DNA of 40,840 nucleotides from assembly GCA_030747575.1 (NCBI GenBank), contig JASLKI010000258.1:1-40840 (forward strand), written 5' to 3'. The stretch comes from Verrucomicrobiota bacterium (GTDB taxonomy: Bacteria > Verrucomicrobiota > Verrucomicrobiia > Limisphaerales > UBA1096). The first letter of the stretch is position 1, and each line of letters opens with the position of its first letter. The notes beneath the pieces are model-generated. The model made no database searches, was not told where the DNA came from, and was given only the letters and a program-made list of their open reading frames with translations. This document shows positions 1 through 7,753 of this stretch, piece after piece. The position numbers and the translations under genes are program-made.

Positions 1-70
1 CCTACAAAGTAGCGACGCATACAATTTACCTTAAAATATGGCAGAGAGAATATTTTAATAATTATTACAT

Positions 71-99
71 TTGACGTATCTGTATAATTCCAATATTAT
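71..99 (+). promoter_or_regulatory. Candidate sigma70-type promoter upstream of ORF 144..626
   Basis: TTGACG at 71-76, a 17-nt spacer, then TATTAT at 94-99, about 45 nt before ATG 144. Chance matches are likely in AT-rich DNA. Confidence 0.25.
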
Positions 100-143
100 T
101 TTTCTTGAAACAACAGAAAGAATAAACACCGGTAAGGAAAAAT

Positions 144-626
144 ATGGCAGAAGAACAATCAACCCAAAGGCTTCCACCGAAAACAACAAATATAAAAGTG
201 GAAAGATCGATTTTTTGGAAAATATATTTTTTTATTTTTGTCGGCTTAACTTCATTGGAGTTTATTTTTGTCGGCTTAACTTCATTGGAGTTTATTTTTG
301 AGTCTATTGAAACTACAATTTGGGATATTGTTAATATCCCTATAATGATAATGGCAACTATTGGATTATATGGGTATGTATTTAGTAAAAACTTTTACAA
401 GCAATATTTTTGGCTTTGTTTTTTTGTCTTTCTTATAATCTGGGACGCTATGTATTCAATTGTTGTAGGCATGCCGCCGGATCCAGAATTGACAGAAATG
501 GAGAATAAATACATAGACCTTTTTGCAATTATACTCGCCTATATTTTAATGACCCCTGCTTATATAGGGCTTCTATTATATGGCTTGCCATCAAATAAAT
601 TATGGAAAGTTGATTCATTTGAATAG
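144..626 (+). CDS. Hypothetical multi-pass membrane protein carrying an internal 10-aa tandem duplication
   Basis: 160-aa ORF with several hydrophobic stretches (IYFFIFVGLTSLEFIFVGLTSLEFIF, IMIMATIGLYGYVF, FWLCFFVFLIIW, LFAIILAYILMTPAYIGLLLYGL). I recognise no family. Confidence 0.5.
   Translation: MAEEQSTQRLPPKTTNIKVERSIFWKIYFFIFVGLTSLEFIFVGLTSLEFIFESIETTIWDIVNIPIMIMATIGLYGYVFSKNFYKQYFWLCFFVFLIIWDAMYSIVVGMPPDPELTEMENKYIDLFAIILAYILMTPAYIGLLLYGLPSNKLWKVDSFE
231..300 (+). repeat. Perfect 30-bp direct tandem repeat, 2.33 copies, in frame inside ORF 144..626
   Basis: tttatttttgtcggcttaacttcattggag occurs at 231-260 and 261-290, followed by a partial third copy tttatttttg at 291-300. It encodes FIFVGLTSLE twice. 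Confidence 0.95.
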
Positions 627-748
627 TTAGATGAGTCACAAAAGATCAATAGTAGCAAGAAGGCGAGAACGTAGTAGGTTTCTCGAAGGTCTTATTCACA
701 ATGCCTAGGATCATTCAATGATACTTGGATAACTAGTTTTTCAATTAC

Positions 749-816
749 GGTTTGAGAACCCTCTTTACGATTCGAGTAAATTACATAGAACTACTTCAGA
801 ATGAACGGTTTCAATT
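749..816 (+). repeat. Copy A of a roughly 68-nt noncoding repeat
   Basis: ggtttgagaaccctctttacgattcgagtaaattacatagaactacttcagaatgaacggtttcaatt aligns without gaps to 1566-1633 with about 10 mismatches. A shared gatgagtcacaa box lies about 115 nt upstream at about 631-642. Confidence 0.85.
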
Positions 817-877
817 GTGTCCTTCATTGTAGTGAATCGAAGTAGATCAACATTTAGCATAAGTTTTGTGCTGAAAT

Positions 878-1011
878 CTTCTGAACTTCTTCTGTGCTCA
901 TCCAAATTTTGAATCACTCAGTGTGGGAGAGGGTAAAGCCCATATCATTTGTAGGTGTTATTTAACTGAGCTTTAGGTCTCTCAAAGCTTTGTACAGAAG
1001 AAGTACAGAAG
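878..1011. repeat. Imperfect inverted repeat (19-nt arms, about 96-nt spacer) in a 470-bp noncoding gap
   Basis: The arm cttctgaacttcttctgtg (878-896) is complementary at 17 of 19 positions to tacagaagaagtacagaag (993-1011). A separate 7-bp hairpin, gaggttt-caa-aaacctc, lies at 1017-1033. Confidence 0.6.
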
Positions 1012-1094
1012 CATAGGAGGTTTCAAAAACCTCTCAGATCGAAGAACGTTAAGGGGCTAAAGTAATAGAGTGAGTCGGGTTACGACTCTACTGA

Positions 1095-1352
1095 TTATTT
1101 GATGCGACGCCGTAAGAGGAGTGGATCAAAATTATCGTTGCTATCGTAAGCAAATGGTTCCCATCCTTTGGGGATATTTTTGGTGTTGGAGGTTTTGTAC
1201 TCCCACTGCTGATTTGCATCCCACGGAATGATTTCGAGTTTTTTCAATAAATCCACAGTTGGTTCTTTTGAAGCACCTGTTCCGAGCACTATCGTAGTGG
1301 TCAATAATACACCAATCGCGAATGATTTCCAGTCAAGTAGTTTCATAATCAT
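1095..1352 (-). CDS. Hypothetical small secreted or membrane-anchored protein (85 aa)
   Basis: The ORF has an N-terminal hydrophobic segment (FAIGVLLTTTIVLGTGAS) followed by a hydrophilic domain. An imperfect hairpin lies just downstream at about 1066-1092. No family recognised. Confidence 0.45.
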   Translation of the reverse strand: MIMKLLDWKSFAIGVLLTTTIVLGTGASKEPTVDLLKKLEIIPWDANQQWEYKTSNTKNIPKGWEPFAYDSNDNFDPLLLRRRIK

Positions 1353-1565
1353 TTGCTTATTCGTGTTAATGCTGCAGAAGGTTACATGGAGGTTGAAGAA
1401 TCTCTCTGATTTCCGATAATCGTCTTCGTTTGATGGTTGAAGATTGATGAGTCACAATGAATTCACCGAATGAGGTACGGTGATGTTTTCTGTACTTTGT
1501 ATTAAGATTTTTCACCCAATGTTCGAACACTCAATGTTTACAATGGTTTGTCGAAGGGATCGTTT

Positions 1566-1633
1566 GGTTTGAGAACCCTCTTTACAATTCGAACAAATTA
1601 GACTGAACTACTTCAGGCTGAACGGTTTACATT
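1566..1633 (+). repeat. Copy B of the roughly 68-nt noncoding repeat, ending about 33 nt upstream of the PI-PLC-like gene
   Basis: ggtttgagaaccctctttacaattcgaacaaattagactgaactacttcaggctgaacggtttacatt. The shared gatgagtcacaa box lies at about 1445-1456, about 120 nt upstream. Confidence 0.85.
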
Positions 1634-1666
1634 AAGGAGTTAGGGAAGGGGAGTATCGTAAATTAA

Positions 1667-3142
1667 ATGCCAACTAAACAAAACAGTGATCAAGTGATTA
1701 TGATTCAGCTTCGTTGCAGCCTGATAATATTGTTGCTTCTTTCTTGCTCTTTAAATCTTAGTGCGGGGCAAATCCCAAAGCTAAAAGACAAAGATCAAAA
1801 AGAAGAGATTGTTAGAGGTTATTTACGCCAGAGTGGCGCTCAGCTGTCGTTTGATATCATTTCTTCTCAATTGCCTGTAAACGAGTTGTGGATGCACCGT
1901 GTTGAGTCAATATCACCAAAGATTTCAGTTCGGATTTCGGATAATGGAAAGCAATTGTTGCTAAATACAAAATCGAAACTGCCAACAGTGGTCAAGGTGA
2001 AGGTTCGATCCTATGTTGTCCGAAAAAGAGATCTGAAATTAACTTTGAGCCAAATTCAAACAATCGGAACGCATAATAGTTATCATATTGCTCCTCATTC
2101 CAGTGTAATGAAATTAATAAGGTCAGTTATGCCGTCACAAGCTGACGGTATATCTTATACGCATCGCCCTTTAAGTGAACAGTTGAATTTACTTGGTATG
2201 AGAAAATTTGAACTAGACCTCTTCCACGACACAAAAGGAGGTACATATTCATCTCCCGCAGGGGCTGTAATGGCTAATGGAAGCAACTGGAAAACAAAAC
2301 ATCCAGAATTTGACGAAGAGGCAATGAGTAAGCCAGGAATGAAAATAATACATTTTCCGAATTTCGACTTTCGGTCCAACACTCCAACTCTTAAAGCAGC
2401 ACTTGAGAGAATTAACAGATGGTCTAGGCGGAATTCCTATCACATTCCAATAATGATTTTGATTGAAACAAAGAAGGTCAATAGATCGGTAAATATTGAA
2501 CCAAAAAACACTTTTCAGGTTCCGGATTTTTTGGCCTTAGAAAAAGAAATATTATCAATCTTGGATATCAGCCAAATTATTACACCAGACAATGTTAAGG
2601 GTAGGTTTAACTCATTGAACAAGGCTGTAACAATGAAGGGGTGGCCATCATTATATCAGGCCAGAGGGCGGTTAATTTTTGCCTTGGATAATCAGGGTGA
2701 AGAGCGAATTAATTATTTAACCCTCCATCCTGAATTAAAAGGAGCCTTAATGTTTGTTAGTTCTCCTCCGGGAAACCCGGAATCTGCTTTTTTGAAAATA
2801 AATGATCCTGTTGCAAATTATTCAGCAATAAAGAATAGAGTTAAGGAAGGTTATCTTGTCCGAACCAGGGCGGACTCGGATTTGGCTGAGGCCAGAAATA
2901 ATGATTACTCAAAAATGGAAAAGGCTTTTTCATCCGGGGCGCAATACATAAGCACGGATTTCCCTGAATCTGTCGAAGGTGTTTCAAGTTATCGGGTTTC
3001 TCTCCCTGGTGATGTTCGGCCAGGCAGATTAAACCCGCTATTTTATCCTGCGGAGGAGGCAAATGCACTGGAGGGAATGTCTGGAGCAGTTTTAATCCGT
3101 AATTTCTTGTTGAATATCCCAAAAACAGAATCAAAAGAATAA
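1667..3142 (+). CDS. Secreted PLC-like phosphodiesterase, probably a Ca2+-dependent phosphoinositide-specific phospholipase C family protein
   Basis: 491-aa ORF with an N-terminal signal-like segment (LIILLLLSCSLNLSAG). It has the SQIQTIGTHNSYHIAP motif and a C-terminal GAQYISTDFPE, typical of the bacterial PI-PLC-C1/GDPD-like superfamily as I recall it. Confidence 0.6.
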   Translation: MPTKQNSDQVIMIQLRCSLIILLLLSCSLNLSAGQIPKLKDKDQKEEIVRGYLRQSGAQLSFDIISSQLPVNELWMHRVESISPKISVRISDNGKQLLLNTKSKLPTVVKVKVRSYVVRKRDLKLTLSQIQTIGTHNSYHIAPHSSVMKLIRSVMPSQADGISYTHRPLSEQLNLLGMRKFELDLFHDTKGGTYSSPAGAVMANGSNWKTKHPEFDEEAMSKPGMKIIHFPNFDFRSNTPTLKAALERINRWSRRNSYHIPIMILIETKKVNRSVNIEPKNTFQVPDFLALEKEILSILDISQIITPDNVKGRFNSLNKAVTMKGWPSLYQARGRLIFALDNQGEERINYLTLHPELKGALMFVSSPPGNPESAFLKINDPVANYSAIKNRVKEGYLVRTRADSDLAEARNNDYSKMEKAFSSGAQYISTDFPESVEGVSSYRVSLPGDVRPGRLNPLFYPAEEANALEGMSGAVLIRNFLLNIPKTESKE

Positions 3143-3306
3143 AATTAATGGTTACAAAGGAGCGGGTAAAGCAATCAGTTGGGTTAAATCTGCCTTTGCA
3201 GTCTTGATCGGGCTCGGATCTATTGCTCATTTCTGTGCCCGCTTCACATTGATTGGTTTAAGAATTCTCTTTTATTTAGAGGGGGTGCCCGCGCTCGCCC
3301 GTTGCG

Positions 3307-4371
3307 GTGGCTTGGGGTAGTTTCAGCGGCGACGTGGATTCCGGCTACGCGAAATACGACATCACGCAGGATTACGCCTGGAATTATGAGCATGCGCCGG
3401 AGCCGGTTGGCGATGCGGTTCCGGGCGTGGGCGGTGAGTGGCTCTACTGTGGCGTGCCTGTTGATTCGCCGCTTGGCATTGCGGCCGGCCCACTTCTCAA
3501 CGGTAAGTGGCTGCTTTATTACGCCTCCCTTGGTTTCGATGTCCTGACTTACAAAACGGTGCGGAGTTGCGAGAGGTACTCGTACGGGATGCCGAATCTT
3601 CAGCCGATTGCATGGGAGGGTGGCGAGGTGCCGGCGGAGTTGAATGTTGCCAGCGTGATGAACGGCAGTTGGGCGGTGTCGTTCGGTATGCCATCGAAGC
3701 CGCCGAGCTTTTGGAGGGATGACGTGGCGGCGACGCGGTCGCGCTTGGCGAAGGGCAAGTTTCTCAGCGTCTCTGTTGTTGCCACAGCTCAGCACGATTG
3801 GTCGATTGACGATCTCGCTGCCGATTACGCGCAATGCGCCCGGTGGGCTGCGGAGAGTGGTGCTGACGGGGTGGAAGCCAACTTCAGTTGCCCCAACGTC
3901 AGCAGTGTCGATGGCCAGCTTTTTCTCAATCCAACCGACGCGGGTATCGTGTCGGCCCAGTTGCGTGAGGCTTTGCCGGACACGCCGCTGCTGCTGAAGA
4001 TTGGGTACATCGACAACCGGGAAACGGCGCACGAGTTTTTGGAGGCGGTTGCGCCGTTTGCCGATTCGTTGGTGATGGTCAACGGTTTGTCGGCGAAAGT
4101 GCGGCAACCCAATGGCGAGCTGCTGTTTGAGGGCCAATGCCGGGGGATTGCGGGCGAGACGATTCGCGAAACGGCGCTGGAGCAGCTGGCTTTGTTTGAC
4201 GGGTTGATCCGGCAGTTCGGCCTTGATGTGCGCTTGGTTGGAGTGGGTGGGCTTGGTCAAGCGGCGGATGTTAGGGCGTGCCTCGATCGCGGCTGCGAGG
4301 CGGTGCAGTTCGCCACGGCGGCGATGGTGAAACCCGGTTTGGGCTTGGGCATTCGGCGGGAGGGGTTTTAA
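3307..4371 (+). CDS. Dihydroorotate dehydrogenase / dihydropyrimidine dehydrogenase-family FMN TIM-barrel oxidoreductase
   Basis: GTG start at 3307 is the first start after in-frame stops. PLGIAAGPLL, TYKTVRS and VEANFSCPNV resemble class-1 DHOD-family motifs. The exact substrate is not assignable. Confidence 0.65.
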   Translation: MAWGSFSGDVDSGYAKYDITQDYAWNYEHAPEPVGDAVPGVGGEWLYCGVPVDSPLGIAAGPLLNGKWLLYYASLGFDVLTYKTVRSCERYSYGMPNLQPIAWEGGEVPAELNVASVMNGSWAVSFGMPSKPPSFWRDDVAATRSRLAKGKFLSVSVVATAQHDWSIDDLAADYAQCARWAAESGADGVEANFSCPNVSSVDGQLFLNPTDAGIVSAQLREALPDTPLLLKIGYIDNRETAHEFLEAVAPFADSLVMVNGLSAKVRQPNGELLFEGQCRGIAGETIRETALEQLALFDGLIRQFGLDVRLVGVGGLGQAADVRACLDRGCEAVQFATAAMVKPGLGLGIRREGF

Positions 4372-4379
4372 TCGTGCCG

Positions 4380-4976
4380 ATGACTCGACTGGGGCTCACG
4401 GGCGGAATTGGGATGGGCAAGTCCACTGCGGCTAAACTCCTGGCCAAGCGCGGCGCGAAGGTGTGCGACTCGGATACACTTGCCCGCGAGTTGGTCGCAC
4501 CCGGGCAACCGGCTTTGACGGAGATCGTCGAGGCATTCGGCAGCGGCGTGTTGCTGAGGGATGGTTCGCTGGATCGTGCCAAGGTCGGCGAGTTGGTTTT
4601 CGGCGACTCGGCCGCTCGCGCAAAACTCGAGGGTATTTTGCACCCCTGCATCCGTGAGACTTGGCAGACCCGGCTCGACAGCTGGGCGGCGGCTGGCGAG
4701 CGGTTGGCTGTGGCGGTGATTCCACTGCTGTTCGAGACGAAGGCCGAATCGAGCTTCGACAAGATTGCGTGCGTGGCCTGTTCACCTAAGTTGCAGCGCG
4801 AGCGTCTGCGCGGGCGAGAGTGGAGCGACGATCAAATCAGCAATCGGATTTCGGCGCAGATGGCGGTGGGTGAAAAAATCAAGCGAGCCGATCACGTGAT
4901 CTGGACCGACGGCACGATCGAGGCGCACGCCGCTCAGTGGGATGATCTACTGTCGTCCTGGGACGTGGTGGACTGA
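4380..4976 (+). CDS. coaE: Dephospho-CoA kinase
   Basis: MTRLGLTGGIGMGKST P-loop at the N-terminus and CoaE-like length. ATG at 4380 (or GTG at 4374) is preferred over the tracked 4278 start, which overlaps the upstream gene. Confidence 0.85.
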   Translation: MTRLGLTGGIGMGKSTAAKLLAKRGAKVCDSDTLARELVAPGQPALTEIVEAFGSGVLLRDGSLDRAKVGELVFGDSAARAKLEGILHPCIRETWQTRLDSWAAAGERLAVAVIPLLFETKAESSFDKIACVACSPKLQRERLRGREWSDDQISNRISAQMAVGEKIKRADHVIWTDGTIEAHAAQWDDLLSSWDVVD

Positions 4977-5341
4977 ACGTCGATGGGAGGTTCCTCAATT
5001 TGGATGTCCTTTTTGCTCAAGCCGGCCATGCGCAGAACCCACGCTCCGTAGATCGTCCCGGCAAGGCTGGTCGGGATGCCGGAGAGCACGCCGGCGAGCA
5101 TGGCCTTGTTGAAGGCGCGGCCTTTTGCGTCCCGGTTGACCAGGGTTTCGATCAAGAAAACGCCCGCGCCGCCGGTGAAAAAGGCGGCGGCGCAGATAAG
5201 AGGTGTGCCGGTGAACAGCGTGATGGCGTTTGCCCCAAAGAAGGCGTTGTCGACCAGGAACACCCACAGGCCGCTGAGCTTGTGCAGGAATAATTGGCCC
5301 CGTTTCTCGGCCTTTACGGGGAGTTTCGGCGGGGGAGTCAT
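4934..5341 (-). CDS. Hypothetical membrane protein
   Basis: 135-aa ORF with an ATG start and three or four hydrophobic segments (LWVFLVDNAFFGANAITLF, LICAAAFFTGGAGVFLI, AMLAGVLSGIPTSLAGTIYGAWVL). Its 3' end overlaps the coaE 3' end convergently. Confidence 0.5.
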   Translation of the reverse strand: MTPPPKLPVKAEKRGQLFLHKLSGLWVFLVDNAFFGANAITLFTGTPLICAAAFFTGGAGVFLIETLVNRDAKGRAFNKAMLAGVLSGIPTSLAGTIYGAWVLRMAGLSKKDIQIEEPPIDVQSTTSQDDSRSSH

Positions 5342-5356
5342 CGTGTCTTTGCCGGT

Positions 5357-5740
5357 CTAAAGCGGTTCGCGGTGGTCGTAGCCGGTGTCCAGTTCGTGCC
5401 AGTGAGCGATGTCGTCCTCGCTTTTTTCCCAGCACAGGAAAACCTCGCGGGTTCCCCGGCGGGAGGGGAAGTCGACCAGACCGCGCTCGGCATCTTTGAT
5501 GAAGATTTGATGCGTCTTGAATTCGCAAAGTATGGCCTGAATTTTGGACAGGAGTTTGATCGAATGGTTGACCGAGTCACCGCCAACGTCGGACTGGGCG
5601 CTCATTATGTTATCGACGCGTTTGCTGATCGTGGCGTACTCATGACGAAGTTGAACCATGGAGTCCAGCCACTCCCTGACCCTGGGCATCATGGACCGGG
5701 CCTCGGCCAGCGTATAGTGTTTCTTGAACCGGTGGGCCAT
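5357..5740 (-). CDS. DUF2203 family protein
   Basis: HYTLAEARSMMPRVREWL, then ERGLVDFPSRRGTREVFLCWEKSEDDIAHWHELDTGY, matches my memory of the DUF2203 family. The start is ATG at 5740 (TGATG overlap with the upstream stop) or GTG at 5743. Confidence 0.65.
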   Translation of the reverse strand: MAHRFKKHYTLAEARSMMPRVREWLDSMVQLRHEYATISKRVDNIMSAQSDVGGDSVNHSIKLLSKIQAILCEFKTHQIFIKDAERGLVDFPSRRGTREVFLCWEKSEDDIAHWHELDTGYDHREPL

Positions 5741-7566
5741 CACTCCTCCTTTTCTGGTGGGTGGAGTTTTTTGTGGAGCAACTGGGTCGGGGTGATGTCG
5801 TAGGAACGCTGCCAGGCGGCATTGGCCTCATCCGCTTGGCCAAGTTTGTTGAGAACGTTGCCGAGTTGCTCGAGCAGGTAGGAGTCCGGCGAGGTCATTT
5901 CGGCCTCCTGCTTGCGAAGGAGGCCAAGCGATTTTTCCCAATGCACCTTGGCCTCGTCCGCTTGGCCAAGTTGTTGGTGTGTGTCCCCGATGTGCTCGTG
6001 GATGGTGGAGTCGGGCTCGTCCTTCATCAACTCAGCGGCCCTCTGCAACTCAGCGAGCGCCTCGGTGAATTTGCCCTGCCTGAAGTACAGCCAGCCGAGG
6101 CTGTCCACGTACGAGGCGTTGTCGGGGGAAAGCTCGTTGGCCTTGGTGATGTGCTTGGCCGCCTCGTCAAGGTTGCGGTTGATGTCCGCCCACATGTAGC
6201 CGAGATAGTTCATGGCGTTGTGATATTCGGGAGACATCTCAATGGCTTTGTTGAAGGTCTCGTCGGAGGTTTCGTACTGGCGGTTTCGCTCGTAGGCTGC
6301 GCCAAGCTGGAAATAAAAAAAATGGGTGAGCCGGTTTTGCTCGCCGGCTTGTGCCAATTTCTCGGCGTCGAGCAGATTTTCGATGGCCTTGGGATATTGG
6401 TAGAGGGCGCTGTGGGCGAGTCCGGCGTAAAACTTGGTGATGAACCTGGGCTTGAACTGCTCACCGGCCTTTTTAAGTGTGGTGAGGGTGATGGTGGGCC
6501 TGTTTTGAAACAGCCGCACGCCGGCCAGTTCGTAATAGGCCAGCTCGAACTTGGGGTTAATTTTGAGGACTGTTTCGAAGTGGGCGGCCGCCTCTTCTAG
6601 TTTGTCGAGTTGGCGCTTGATGCCGCCAAGCACGAATAGCGCTCGCTCGTTGGTGGGGCGCTCGCGCAGGATGGCCTCGAGTTGCCGGGTGGCGTCCTGG
6701 GTCTTGTCCGCCCGCAGATAAAGCTCAGCCAATTGCTCGCGAACACCGATCAGGTTGGGGTTCAGTTCGATCAACTGGATGAACAACGCGATTGCCTTGT
6801 CACTCTCGCCCCAGACTTTGTAGTAGTCAGCCAGTCGATGGAGGATCAGCGGACTCTCCGGCTTGAGGGCGCTGGCCTTGTCGAGGCTTGTGATGATGCC
6901 AGCCTTGATCCTGTCCATCTTGGTCCGGGCAGCGATGCCGGTGTCGCGGTATAGGTCGGCGATGCCCAGCCAGAATTCCGGCTCGCTTTTGTCCTTGGTG
7001 AAGGCTGTGTCGAGCACCTTGAATGCGTCATCAAAGCGCTTGGCCGCGGTGTGGAGCTTGGCCAAGCCGCTAACGGAGATGAGTGTCGGGTTCGACGTGG
7101 CAAGGGCAATGCCGAAGGCGGCGATTGCTTCGTCCGGCTGGCTGGCTTGCTGATAGGCGAGGCCGAGCCACTCGTGCGTCGTCACGGATTCAGGGTTGGC
7201 CGCCTGGCCAAGGCGCAGAATCTCGATGGCCTTATCGGTTTTTTTCCGTAGGAGAAACCGGCGAGCGGCCTGGGCAACCACGGTCTCCTGCGTGGGATCC
7301 GCCTTAGCGGCAGCCTCGAGGTGCTTGAGGGAGTCGTTCGGCTTTCCTCGAAACTCAAAGCTGAGGCTGGTGAGGAAGTGGGTGAGACCCTCGATGCGGT
7401 TCCGGAACTCAGGATCCTCCGGGCCGGTTATTTCCTCGATATTGACGCCGTAAACGCCGGAGGGGACGCCGGGTCGCGGCTTGGCCAGGGGCGAAGTGGA
7501 GCACCCTGTGCCGGCCCACAACAGGGTCAGCCCGAGGAACAGTCTCGTATGTGAACCGCGTCTCAT
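5740..7566 (-). CDS. TPR-repeat protein with a lipoprotein-type signal peptide
   Basis: MRRGSHTRLFLGLTLLWAGTGC from ATG 7566 (the tracked start at 7599 is TTG). Multiple TPR-like A/L/Y-rich repeats and a repeated LGQADEA segment near the C-terminus. Confidence 0.85.
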   Translation of the reverse strand: MRRGSHTRLFLGLTLLWAGTGCSTSPLAKPRPGVPSGVYGVNIEEITGPEDPEFRNRIEGLTHFLTSLSFEFRGKPNDSLKHLEAAAKADPTQETVVAQAARRFLLRKKTDKAIEILRLGQAANPESVTTHEWLGLAYQQASQPDEAIAAFGIALATSNPTLISVSGLAKLHTAAKRFDDAFKVLDTAFTKDKSEPEFWLGIADLYRDTGIAARTKMDRIKAGIITSLDKASALKPESPLILHRLADYYKVWGESDKAIALFIQLIELNPNLIGVREQLAELYLRADKTQDATRQLEAILRERPTNERALFVLGGIKRQLDKLEEAAAHFETVLKINPKFELAYYELAGVRLFQNRPTITLTTLKKAGEQFKPRFITKFYAGLAHSALYQYPKAIENLLDAEKLAQAGEQNRLTHFFYFQLGAAYERNRQYETSDETFNKAIEMSPEYHNAMNYLGYMWADINRNLDEAAKHITKANELSPDNASYVDSLGWLYFRQGKFTEALAELQRAAELMKDEPDSTIHEHIGDTHQQLGQADEAKVHWEKSLGLLRKQEAEMTSPDSYLLEQLGNVLNKLGQADEANAAWQRSYDITPTQLLHKKLHPPEKEE

Positions 7567-7609
7567 GGTCGGGGGTTCACCCGGAACAGCGCTGCGCAAG
7601 CCCGGCAGG

Positions 7610-7711
7610 CTACTTCTGCCAGGTGCGCTTCTTGTGGCGATTGGCGCGGGATTTTTTCTTGCGCTTGTGCTTGTTGATTTTCGCTTTCCGGCGTTTCTTC
7701 AGTGAACCCAT
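7610..7711 (-). CDS. 33-aa highly basic peptide, bS22-like (AURKAIP1/COX24-type small ribosomal protein)
   Basis: My reverse-strand translation is MGSLKKRRKAKINKHKRKKKSRANRHKKRTWQK followed by a stop. It is below the ORF-track length cut-off. It resembles the 33-aa actinobacterial bS22 as I recall it (MGSVIKKRRKRM.KKKHRKLL...). Confidence 0.6.
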   Translation of the reverse strand: MGSLKKRRKAKINKHKRKKKSRANRHKKRTWQK

Positions 7712-7753
7712 GTATGTCTCGTTTCGGTGGTTTGTTTATTTAGCAGTTAAAAA

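Larger units (their letters stand above)
1..3277. other. Compositionally atypical AT-rich segment; candidate horizontally acquired island edge or assembly join
   Basis: By eye the DNA switches abruptly from AT-rich to GC-rich at about 3278 (ttttatttaga|gggggtgcccgcg). Only about two thirds of the segment is coding. TTGGCCAA, frequent elsewhere, is absent here. The left boundary is outside the window. Confidence 0.8.

Noticed and set aside
231-300. Possible CRISPR array
   Set aside because: There are only 2.33 directly abutting copies with no spacers, the repeat lies in frame inside an ORF, and no cas genes are present.
749-1633. Integron attC sites flanking gene cassettes
   Set aside because: The 68-nt repeats lack the terminal inverted core sites (RYYYAAC...GTTRRRY) and lack internal imperfect dyad symmetry. 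No intI gene is visible.
3244-4260. 338-aa minus-strand ORF antisense to the DHOD-family gene
   Set aside because: It is Arg/Pro/Ala-rich and low-complexity, as expected for an antisense frame in GC-rich DNA. The plus-strand frame has clear family motifs.
4278-4379. N-terminal extensions implied by the ORF track for coaE and, similarly, for the genes tracked from 10190, 11530, 14824, 24565, 26412, 26532 and 28327
   Set aside because: The extensions overlap upstream genes or lack homology-type sequence. Internal ATGs coincide with family N-termini, with signal peptides, or with ATGA/TGATG coupling to the upstream stop.
5761-6600. 279-aa plus-strand ORF inside the TPR gene
   Set aside because: It is antisense to a well-supported TPR lipoprotein gene, and its composition (Gly/Val/Leu runs) is typical of a shadow frame.
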